Below, in pieces: positions 9,892 to 18,104 of a stretch of DNA of 64,000 bases (its first letter is position 1; each line of letters starts with the position of its first letter). Both the position numbers and the translations under genes were made by a program. The stretch is taken from positions 124,001 through 188,000 of the IMG/VR virus record IMGVR_UViG_3300032296_003307; one strand, 5' to 3'. Under the pieces are notes generated by a model. It searched no databases, was not told where the DNA came from, and was given only the letters and a program-made list of their open reading frames with translations.

Positions 9892-10739
9892 GATTAAGAG
9901 AATCCATAAAAAGAATATTAGAGGAATACACAAAACAACTGAAAGATATGTTGGTTCCCGCAAATCCTAAAGGTAAATTACACCATTATTCAAGTTATCA
10001 AAACAGGGAAAGCATTCAAAAAAACGGTTTGATACCAAAAGTGGGGAGACAAACCACAAATTATATGTCAAAACAGTTTCCTGATGTTGAACCAATGCCA
10101 TTAATATTCACTCAAGACCCAAAACACGGTAATTTCTTCGGTGTTTATGGTAATGATATATGGGAAATAGATTTGAGCAAAGTAAATGCGAAGTGGTATC
10201 ATGACCCAATACATAAAGATGACGGAAACAATTGGGCGTTTTACGTCACGACAGACCCAATCCCACCATCGGCAATCAAACTAATTGGTTCAAATGAACA
10301 AAGAGATGATGACATGGAAGTTTATCGTCAGACAGGAAAGTTCCCAAACAGAAATGTGGAACCTGAAGAACCTAAAAAACCCGAAGAACCTGACATATGG
10401 GATGAAATATTGAGTCAAATCGGTGATGATGACTACATAACAATTCCTGCAGAGTATTTAAAAGAATCCACAAGAAGAACACTAAAGGAAATTACAAATC
10501 CAAATACCAAAAGAAGACATAATCAAATAAGACGACTTTTGATTATTATTTTGGAGAATTCAATAACTTGCGGTCCTGATTATGAACAGTATGAGAAATC
10601 TGTGCTTGATGACGTGGAAACGTTTATGAATGTTTTAGAAATAAAAGGACTAAGCGGACGTGAGGTAAAAGACCATATTGAAGAATATTTGATGTATTTT
10701 ATAAAGAGATATTACACCGAAGCCCAAGAAGATTGTTAA
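9888..10739 (+). CDS. ADP-ribosyltransferase/Tpt1-like domain plus C-terminal KRR..C module, with leader
   Basis: LHHYSSYQNRESIQKNGL...IFT...IWEIDL...IPPSAIKL pattern of His-type ART folds. Confidence 0.55.
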   Translation: MRLRESIKRILEEYTKQLKDMLVPANPKGKLHHYSSYQNRESIQKNGLIPKVGRQTTNYMSKQFPDVEPMPLIFTQDPKHGNFFGVYGNDIWEIDLSKVNAKWYHDPIHKDDGNNWAFYVTTDPIPPSAIKLIGSNEQRDDDMEVYRQTGKFPNRNVEPEEPKKPEEPDIWDEILSQIGDDDYITIPAEYLKESTRRTLKEITNPNTKRRHNQIRRLLIIILENSITCGPDYEQYEKSVLDDVETFMNVLEIKGLSGREVKDHIEEYLMYFIKRYYTEAQEDC

Positions 10740-10740
10740 T

Positions 10741-11289
10741 ATGAACCTACAAGAATCCATAAGAAGAATATTAAGGGAAGAATTAGAACATACTACATTT
10801 GAATCTTTTTTTTCAAAATACGGAGAAGATGTTTTGGAAATTATGAATAATCATTTTGATGAAGAAGTTACGATTAAAGAACTTGAAAAATATTATAATG
10901 ATGAAATTAAATATTTAAATAAAATAATAAACCAAAAACTACCAATATTTAGGTTAATAAAAGTTAATGATAATGTTTTAGAGAGTTTTATAAAATCAAA
11001 AAAAATTAAATCTGGTATATTTTGGACTTTAAATAAACAAGTAACAAAATATTGGGTATCTAGTGATTTATATGATGATAGATTTGAACTTGGTGGTGAC
11101 AATACTATTATTTTTGAGTCTGAATTATCTAATGAATTAGATATTGACATAGAAGGTACAATATTTGCTAGATTTACTTCATCATATGAAGATGAAATAA
11201 GGTTATTGGCAAATAACCCTATTAATATTAAAAATGTATTTGTTAATGGTAAAAAAATTAACATAGAAAATAAAATATTCATATCATAA
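10741..11289 (+). CDS. Possible R-S/T-E-type ADP-ribosyltransferase-like protein with leader
   Basis: LPIFR...GIFWTL...YEDEIRL motif spacing. Confidence 0.45.
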   Translation: MNLQESIRRILREELEHTTFESFFSKYGEDVLEIMNNHFDEEVTIKELEKYYNDEIKYLNKIINQKLPIFRLIKVNDNVLESFIKSKKIKSGIFWTLNKQVTKYWVSSDLYDDRFELGGDNTIIFESELSNELDIDIEGTIFARFTSSYEDEIRLLANNPINIKNVFVNGKKINIENKIFIS

Positions 11290-11744
11290 TGAACCTACAA
11301 GAATCCATAAGAAGAATATTAAAAGAAGAAATTGATTCAAAAGATATTAGTTCTTATTTGGATGTATCACCATTTTATAAATTACCATACCCATATCAAA
11401 AATCATTAATGATATTTAAAAATGAGGGAACTACAAATGATATGGAGATTAAAGATTTAATTGATGATGAGTTACAAACTTCTTTTAAAAGAAAAATGTA
11501 TTACTATGGAGTTGTCCCAATTAAATTAATAGAAGATGAGGTTACAGAACGATTAGGATGGGATAGTTTTGAGAATTACCATAAATGGTATGGTGATGAA
11601 GAAACGGACCACGGAGATTCGGTATTACCAATCATAATAGATTTTGATGATGAAGAATTAATTATAGATGGTTGGCACAGATTCCACTCCTATGTTAGAA
11701 AAGGATTAACTAAAATCCCAGTATTGGGTGTATACGTTGATTAA
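11289..11744 (+). CDS. ParB/Srx-like domain protein with leader
   Basis: LPIIID...IIDGWHRFHSYVRKGLTKIPV. Confidence 0.7.
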   Translation: MNLQESIRRILKEEIDSKDISSYLDVSPFYKLPYPYQKSLMIFKNEGTTNDMEIKDLIDDELQTSFKRKMYYYGVVPIKLIEDEVTERLGWDSFENYHKWYGDEETDHGDSVLPIIIDFDDEELIIDGWHRFHSYVRKGLTKIPVLGVYVD

Positions 11745-11745
11745 T

Positions 11746-12174
11746 ATGAACCTACAAGAAACCATAAGAAGAATATTAAGGGAAGAAACTTATTCACCTG
11801 CGGGGAAAGAATACACACCAGCAAGAGTTGTTGTTCATACATCAAATCCCGTTGTGAGAGATAATATAAAACTTACAGGGTTACAAGTTTCAGTTGGGGA
11901 ATGTTATCAAGTATACGTAAACAGAAACGAAACTAATCCCGATAAAATTAAATGTAAAAAAGCGATATTTGCCACGGATTCATTGAAAAATAGGGACATG
12001 TTTAATTCAACATATGACGATGATATTTGGTTGATTAATACTGAGTGTGCGAATGTTAAGTGGTATAAGGACAAACATTTTGATTACCCTGACTCAAAAC
12101 ACATAGTAACATTTGAAAACATATCACCTGAGTGTATCAAATTGATTCATAAAGGTACTGGTAAAAGTCGTTAA
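11746..12174 (+). CDS. ADP-ribosyltransferase/Tpt1-like protein with leader (paralog of 9888)
   Basis: VVHTSNPVVRDNIKLTGL...IFAT...DIWLI...KWYKD...ISPECIKL aligns by eye with 9888. Confidence 0.55.
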   Translation: MNLQETIRRILREETYSPAGKEYTPARVVVHTSNPVVRDNIKLTGLQVSVGECYQVYVNRNETNPDKIKCKKAIFATDSLKNRDMFNSTYDDDIWLINTECANVKWYKDKHFDYPDSKHIVTFENISPECIKLIHKGTGKSR

Positions 12175-12557
12175 TAAACAGGTGGTGTAGCTCTTTCAGG
12201 ATATATTGTTACCTCATCAACTTCATCTTCGACTTGTTCGTCAACCCATTCAGAAATAATATCAAGAATTTTGCTCACCCTTATTTTGATTATCTTTCTA
12301 AAGAAATCCACAAGATTCGGATGAACTTGTAAACTACCTATGCCATTGTGTACGGTATCGTCATCATCATCATAAGCACCACCTGGACCATACCAAATAT
12401 AATATAACATTTTATTGTCGTTTCTATCATACATTTTGATGGTGTAACTATTTTCACTATATAAACTTTGTTCTTTGGATTGATTAACGATGTTCTTATC
12501 CAGGTACTTATGAATAACATCTTTAGATTGCGTGTCGGTTATAATGTAACGAGCCAT
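12171..12557 (-). CDS. Leader-bearing hypothetical protein
   Basis: MARYIITDTQ; TATTTATA upstream. Confidence 0.7.
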   Translation of the reverse strand: MARYIITDTQSKDVIHKYLDKNIVNQSKEQSLYSENSYTIKMYDRNDNKMLYYIWYGPGGAYDDDDDTVHNGIGSLQVHPNLVDFFRKIIKIRVSKILDIISEWVDEQVEDEVDEVTIYPERATPPVY

Positions 12558-12668
12558 ATTAGATATAAATATAAGGGGTAGGGGGTTTGGGGATGGTAAT
12601 TAGTTAGATTAGTAGGTAATTTAAAAAATTAATTTTTATTTTTGATTTAAAAATTATATCTTTGTATT

Positions 12669-13262
12669 ATGGATAATGTTACTTATTTAAAAGAACAGGT
12701 GGAAAGAAAAATTACACTAAACGATTATGTTAAGGCATATTATGATTGTGATATTTTACCATTTCCTCCCGAAAAAAATAACTTAGTTAATCAAATTGCA
12801 ATTTTAGCAATTGAATATAAAAATAAACATTTAAATACCTATAAAAGAAGAATCAACGAACAAGGGAATGACCAAGAAGAACATTTGAAAAATTCTATGA
12901 ATAATATTTTAAATGGTATTTTTAAATTATTGGGGACTGGATATCCTGACGTTGGTGGTAAAGCTGAAGAACTTGAATTTCCGTTATACTGTGATTCAAA
13001 GATTCGTAAAAATTTAATTGATAAAGAAAGTATTCGCAGTTTTTATACATCTACGCCGGCAAAAAAAACTAAAAACAAAAAGGACCTTAAAACAGGATAT
13101 CACTTGTTATTCATTTTTGAACATGATGGAAACGGTAAACTAACCGGCAAATACCGAGTTTCTGATTTAAACGGTTTTATTTACACTTCATTTGGTAATA
13201 AACAAGAAGGTTCTTATAGCGACATTTTATCCCATAACAAGTTTATTGCGGAGAATCTATAA
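12669..13262 (+). CDS. Putative type II restriction endonuclease / PD-(D/E)xK protein
   Basis: YPDV...CDSK fits PD..DxK. Lies directly upstream of a methyltransferase, behind a TATCTTTG promoter. Confidence 0.4.
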   Translation: MDNVTYLKEQVERKITLNDYVKAYYDCDILPFPPEKNNLVNQIAILAIEYKNKHLNTYKRRINEQGNDQEEHLKNSMNNILNGIFKLLGTGYPDVGGKAEELEFPLYCDSKIRKNLIDKESIRSFYTSTPAKKTKNKKDLKTGYHLLFIFEHDGNGKLTGKYRVSDLNGFIYTSFGNKQEGSYSDILSHNKFIAENL

Positions 13263-13298
13263 TCTTGTATTTCTTCAATTATTTCTTATAATTAACAC

Positions 13299-14123
13299 AT
13301 GGACATTAATAGAATATATCATGAGGATTGTTTGAATACTATGAAGAATATGCCAAATAATTTTGTATCACTAACAGTTACCTCACCACCATATGATGAT
13401 TTAAGAACATATAATAATAAAGTTAAGGGTTTATCAACCGAATTCAACGGATACTCATTTGATTTTGAAAATATTGCACGAGAGTTATATCGTGTTACAA
13501 AATCTGGAGGTGTTGTGGTATGGGTAGTTGGGGATGCAACACACAATGGTTCAGAAACAGGAACATCTTTTAGACAGGCATTATTTTTTAAAGAGGTTGG
13601 ATTTAATATCCACGATACAATGATATACATGAAGAACAATTTTTCAAATCCTTCTTCTAATAGATATCATCAGATATTTGAGTATATGTTTGTTTTATCT
13701 AAAGGTAAACCAACAACATTTAATTCAATCAAAGACAGGAAGAATGTCTATGGAGGTCAAGTCGGTTCATGGGGTAAAAATACTGTTAGACAAAAGGACG
13801 GAACCATGAAGGAAAACACTAAAAAAGTAATAGAAGAATATGGTCAAAGATACAATGTTTGGCAATATAAAACATCTAAAAATGGACAAGAAGACGAGGT
13901 TGCTTACGAACATCCGGCAATATTCCCTATTGATTTGGTTAAAGACCACATTATTTCATGGACAAACCCTGGCGAAATAGTATATGACTGTTTTATGGGT
14001 AGCGGAACTACAGCAAAAGCAGCAACGGCATTAAATAGATTGTGGATTGGTTCTGAAATAAATGAAGAATATGTTGATATTTGCAACAGAAGACTCAATA
14101 GTATACAAACAGAAATAATTTAA
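13299..14123 (+). CDS. Beta-class DNA methyltransferase (N4-C/N6-A)
   Basis: Motif IV TSPPY precedes motif I DCFMGSGTT; HPAIFP..L and GSEINEEY also present. Confidence 0.93.
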   Translation: MDINRIYHEDCLNTMKNMPNNFVSLTVTSPPYDDLRTYNNKVKGLSTEFNGYSFDFENIARELYRVTKSGGVVVWVVGDATHNGSETGTSFRQALFFKEVGFNIHDTMIYMKNNFSNPSSNRYHQIFEYMFVLSKGKPTTFNSIKDRKNVYGGQVGSWGKNTVRQKDGTMKENTKKVIEEYGQRYNVWQYKTSKNGQEDEVAYEHPAIFPIDLVKDHIISWTNPGEIVYDCFMGSGTTAKAATALNRLWIGSEINEEYVDICNRRLNSIQTEII

Positions 14124-14998
14124 AAAGGGGTAGGGGATAATCAGTTCCCGGCTTCACACAGATTATACTAAAAGGTATTATACCATAAAGTATAACCATT
14201 CACTCATGGTGTTTCACTCCGTTCCACACATTCGTTCATAGTTATACTTTATTCCCCACTTAGTTAATCTATAGGTTTACTTCCGTACCTGTAATGTCAA
14301 GTTATATATTGACTTGTTTACAGTAACCTGTTTACTGTAAACTAATCGTATCGGTTATCGTATATTTACGTATCATTACGTATCAGATTCCCCCATCCTC
14401 ACGAGCCCCCATCATAAGAATGGTCCACAGGTGAGGGGTTCACCGATAATGTGGCTCAGTGGTTTATCATTTACGGCTCACAAAACCCTATGGGGTGAGC
14501 CAATTAGTAAACCACAGTGAGCCACAACACCGACATAGGTCATAATGGGACTTCATAGATAAGGTTGTCCCACATTCTACCACATCACTATTATACCCTA
14601 CTGAATGGACCAATTGAGGTCTTCATGATTGGGGTAAATGAGGGGGTCACATAACAAGGGACACGGTTGAAGAAGGGGTTTCTATCATAGGACTTCGTCT
14701 CCCCCACCTATGTTCCATTACTTACATTATTCTCTGGGAAACACATATAGTAAAAAAAGTGGTTCTAGTGATATCAGGAGAGGGGATTTTTTAGGTAGTT
14801 TCCCTTGTGGTGCTATCGTAAGGGGTAATTTATGGATGGGGTCTTAGTGGTGGTGGGAAAAAGTGGGGGAACCAAAACCCCGTAAAGGGATTGTGTAGTG
14901 TCGAGCGAGCAACTGACATTTTGACAAAATCAAGTTTTTCCCCCTATACTTATCCACATTCTCACATATATTTATGTGTATAAATTCCCCCTGACAAT

Positions 14999-15370
14999 AT
15001 GACAGAAGAAGTTATCCACATTTCAGGTTCCACAAATAATCCACATAAAGTGGGGGACCATAACTATGATTTATTGTTCCACACTTTTTTCACCCCTATC
15101 ATAGAACATAAGGATGGGGGAATAACCATTACATGGAAACTAAAGAAAGGACCATCCCATGTTCAGGGGTGGGTATATTTGGAACAACCAAAGAAGGGGT
15201 GGAAAAGAAAACCTATTATGACAAACCATTATACAATGACCAATACCAATCTCAACCGTATTCACGAGTTCATGGATAAGTATATTATCTACAAGAGTGA
15301 TTCACATGAAAGGGTTAAACGTTTCTTTCTAAATGAATCCATTAGATTGGTTAAGGAAGAAAAGGTTTAA
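14999..15370 (+). CDS. Hypothetical protein (start uncertain)
   Basis: 123-aa ORF whose 5' end overlaps DnaA boxes, so it may start later. Confidence 0.4.
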   Translation: MTEEVIHISGSTNNPHKVGDHNYDLLFHTFFTPIIEHKDGGITITWKLKKGPSHVQGWVYLEQPKKGWKRKPIMTNHYTMTNTNLNRIHEFMDKYIIYKSDSHERVKRFFLNESIRLVKEEKV

Positions 15371-15767
15371 TGTCCCTGTAACAGAGATTCCATACTTTCT
15401 CATATTCCCTTGCTTCAATCTCCATAGGGTGATTCCAATAACCATACTTCTGATACATCTTGTTGTATGTCTTCTCCCCCTTCTGTAGAGTGTGAGCGTA
15501 TTCATGAATAACAATGGCAATTAACTTACGTACACAGTTCCCCAACTCTGAAAAGGTATGGGGGTAAATTGTAATCCTATGGTTAGCATCCACGTAGTCA
15601 CCATAGAAGGGGTCAGTCTTAAACTTCTTCTTTGACACCTTAAGTTCAGGGAGACCCTTCTTCTTTTTAAACCCCATATTTTTGACACACCAATTAAAGG
15701 CAAGTTCCACAACAAGGGACGACTCCTTATGAGTTAAAGATGAGATGGGGGTATTACAATTAATCAT
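15351..15767 (-). CDS. SprT-like HExxH metallopeptidase
   Basis: FYGDY...ITIY...VIHEYAHTLQ...PMEIEAR; TACCTTTG promoter upstream. Confidence 0.75.
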   Translation of the reverse strand: MINCNTPISSLTHKESSLVVELAFNWCVKNMGFKKKKGLPELKVSKKKFKTDPFYGDYVDANHRITIYPHTFSELGNCVRKLIAIVIHEYAHTLQKGEKTYNKMYQKYGYWNHPMEIEAREYEKVWNLCYRDIKPFLP

Positions 15768-16215
15768 ACCACAAAGGTACTGAATAACTTTGACACTACC
15801 AAATTATTTTCTTCCCCCTATTATTGGGGCGAGCCGCCTCTGATTAAGCTTCAGTGAACGAGTCGTCCCCAGCCCTTGGTCCTCTATCCGATTTCCCACA
15901 ATACAAAGATAGTGAATAGGTATGGAATAAACTAATCCCCCATCCTAAGAGTTATCCACATCGACATGTTTATAAGTGGGGGGTCCATAAGTTATCCACA
16001 AAGGGGTGGGGGTAAAATGTGGATAAGTCCCCCCATACACCCCCCCCGTTATATGGGGGTGGGGGTCCCCCCTGTGACACCCTGTCAGGTATCCCCCCCC
16101 TCTCCCCCCGTCATTTTGTCAGTTTAGGGGGGTCAATACCTTCGATGAAATTTCTGGAAAAATTTTTGGGAAATTCGGTTTATATTTTAATTTAAATTTA
16201 TTAACATAAGGTGAC

Positions 16216-16890
16216 ATGGAAAAAAAAACTTACATTAGTCAGGAAGAATTGGACAGAATAATGTCATATATAAAATTGTGTGAGGATTGGAATTACTATA
16301 TAATACTTCATAATTTGGTTGTACACCAACGACATTTTAACGAACTTAAAGATACAAAACCTATTATACCTGAGGGGATTCCTATCCCTGAAAAAAACCC
16401 TTTTGAGATTACAATAAGAGCGGTTAATAAAAGATTAAAATTTTATCAATACAAACTTGGTTTAAAAGACATTAATTTATCCACCAAAATATTTTCAAAA
16501 AGGTTTGCTGTTAGTGGGAAAATATTTTACGGTATATTAAATACCGATAAAAATAGTTATAAAAAAACTGAAGAAGGTTATGTGTATATTGTAAAACACA
16601 GTCATAGAAATCCTGAAATATCCAAGCGATTAACCGATAAAAAAGTGGGTATTTCATTTGACTATACTCGAAGAATAAATGGTTTAACATTGGGGACCAT
16701 TGGTATTGAAGTGATAAGGGCGTGGAAAATGTCTTCACATATGGCAAGGTTTATGGAAAAAACAATACACAACGAATTAAAGGAATGCAGATTGGTTGGG
16801 GAGTGGTTTTCAGATGATGATGGGAAATTGGTTGGAGAAGTTGAGAAACTAATCGAGTTATATACCCCATCCTCGGTTGAAAACAAGTAA
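16216..16890 (+). CDS. GIY-YIG-like (T5orf172/Mug113-type) domain protein
   Basis: GYVYIV...KKVGIS...RRINGL...EKTIH...GEWF. Confidence 0.75.
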   Translation: MEKKTYISQEELDRIMSYIKLCEDWNYYIILHNLVVHQRHFNELKDTKPIIPEGIPIPEKNPFEITIRAVNKRLKFYQYKLGLKDINLSTKIFSKRFAVSGKIFYGILNTDKNSYKKTEEGYVYIVKHSHRNPEISKRLTDKKVGISFDYTRRINGLTLGTIGIEVIRAWKMSSHMARFMEKTIHNELKECRLVGEWFSDDDGKLVGEVEKLIELYTPSSVENK

Positions 16891-16893
16891 TCT

Positions 16894-17325
16894 ATGGATA
16901 AGATGAGTCATGTTTGGAAAACAGATAAACTTATATGTAAAGATATTTGTTTTGAGTGCGGTTCTGACTATGCAATTCATTTTCATCATGTTGTACCTAA
17001 ATCAAAAGGAGGGAAAAATGCAATACCATTATGTGAAAAATGTCATGGATTAGTTCATAACAGGAAATTCAATGAACACAGAAAGTTACAGATGGAAGGA
17101 ATTGAAAGGGCTAAATTAAATGGTACGTATAAGGGAAGAAAATGTGATACACCTGAGACACCTGAAAAATTTATGGGAAAAGAAAAAATACAAAAGGTAA
17201 TGATTGAATTATTGGCAGGTAAAAAAGGTACTGTTATATCTAAAGAAATAAATGTACATATAAATACCATCTCAAAGGTGAGAAAATATATGGTAAATTA
17301 CCCTGATTTGGTTCCCCATCCCTAA
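16894..17325 (+). CDS. HNH endonuclease with resolvase-like C-terminal helix/HTH
   Basis: CFECG...HFHHVVPKSKGG...LCEKCHGLVH, then EGIERAKLNGTYKGRK and a terminal HTH-like segment. Confidence 0.8.
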   Translation: MDKMSHVWKTDKLICKDICFECGSDYAIHFHHVVPKSKGGKNAIPLCEKCHGLVHNRKFNEHRKLQMEGIERAKLNGTYKGRKCDTPETPEKFMGKEKIQKVMIELLAGKKGTVISKEINVHINTISKVRKYMVNYPDLVPHP

Positions 17326-17425
17326 TTCCTAATTCCCCTTCGGTAATATATTCTCTTATATGGTGGGGGTTCGGTATAATTATTCCTGAACGGTAAATTC
17401 CCAATGGTCGGGGTATTTATATATT

Positions 17426-17920
17426 ATGAAAAAGGTTGTAAGATTAACCGAGTCTGATTTACTTAGGGTTGTTAAAAGGGTTCTTAAAGAAGAATATACT
17501 CCTGAGAAAGAAAGTGAGTATTACAAATTAACCCTTCAAAGAGATTTCATTAAATCCCAATTAGATTCTTTAAGTAAGAGATATGAAGAAATATCTGAAA
17601 GATTAAATAAAATAGAATTACTTTACCATCCAAAATTAATAATAAGTTTTGTAAAGGGTAAACGAGGAGAAAAAGGGGATAGATACTCGGGTAGAATTAT
17701 GATTCCAAACAAATACAGGATGAATCCTAAAAGTGAAAACGAAAGATTCTACTCTATAGTTTCATCACCAAAAAACGCTTCTGAATATACAGGCAAGGAT
17801 GACCCCAAATTAATTAAAGATTTAACAAATGAATTTAGAAAAAAATTCTCAAACCCCAAGTGGTTAGATTTGTTAAACTTCAACCCTGATGATATATTGT
17901 TTGATAAAAATATAAATTAA
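17426..17920 (+). CDS. Leader-bearing hypothetical protein
   Basis: MKKVVRLTESDLLRVVKRVLKEE. Confidence 0.8.
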   Translation: MKKVVRLTESDLLRVVKRVLKEEYTPEKESEYYKLTLQRDFIKSQLDSLSKRYEEISERLNKIELLYHPKLIISFVKGKRGEKGDRYSGRIMIPNKYRMNPKSENERFYSIVSSPKNASEYTGKDDPKLIKDLTNEFRKKFSNPKWLDLLNFNPDDILFDKNIN

Positions 17921-17927
17921 ATAATTT

Positions 17928-17958
17928 AAACCCCATCCTTCAACAGGTGGGGTTTTTT
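17928..17958 (+). terminator. Intrinsic terminator
   Basis: AAACCCCA/TGGGGTTT stem followed by a T tract. Confidence 0.75.
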
Positions 17959-18104
17959 GTTTTTCCCAAAAAAACTTTTCAATCTGAAATATACCCCATT
18001 TTCAAAAAAAAATTTCCGGAAAAATTTTCAGAAAATTGACTATCTTTGTTCCTTGGGAAAATAAATTTAATCCTTCTTAATGGTTGGGGGAGTATTTATT
18101 GTTT

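Larger units (their letters stand above)
14950..16026. promoter_or_regulatory. Cluster of five perfect DnaA boxes (TTATCCACA)
   Basis: 14950, 15012, 15952 and 15992 on +; 16018 on - (TGTGGATAA); one-mismatch TAATCCACA at 15037. Confidence 0.75.
14124..16215. other. Low-coding origin-like/terminus-like region with DnaA boxes, hairpins and G/C tracts
   Basis: Largest intergenic stretches in the window; see findings. Confidence 0.6.

Noticed and set aside
14548-14698. GG(A/T)CTTC(A/G)T three times at about 70-bp spacing as iterons
   Set aside because: Only three short, imperfect copies; cannot be told from chance by eye.
15826-15900. A third tRNA gene (Lys)
   Set aside because: Only an anticodon-arm-like hairpin is present, with no D arm, T arm or acceptor stem. 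Kept as a low-interest finding, not a tRNA call.
14124-16215. A bacterial chromosomal oriC (window of cellular origin)
   Set aside because: No dnaA, dnaN, gidA, rpmH or other housekeeping genes flank it, and the context is entirely phage-like.
16216-17325. GIY-YIG and HNH genes as intron- or IS-encoded mobile elements
   Set aside because: No interrupted host gene, intron core structure, terminal inverted repeats or target duplication was recognised.
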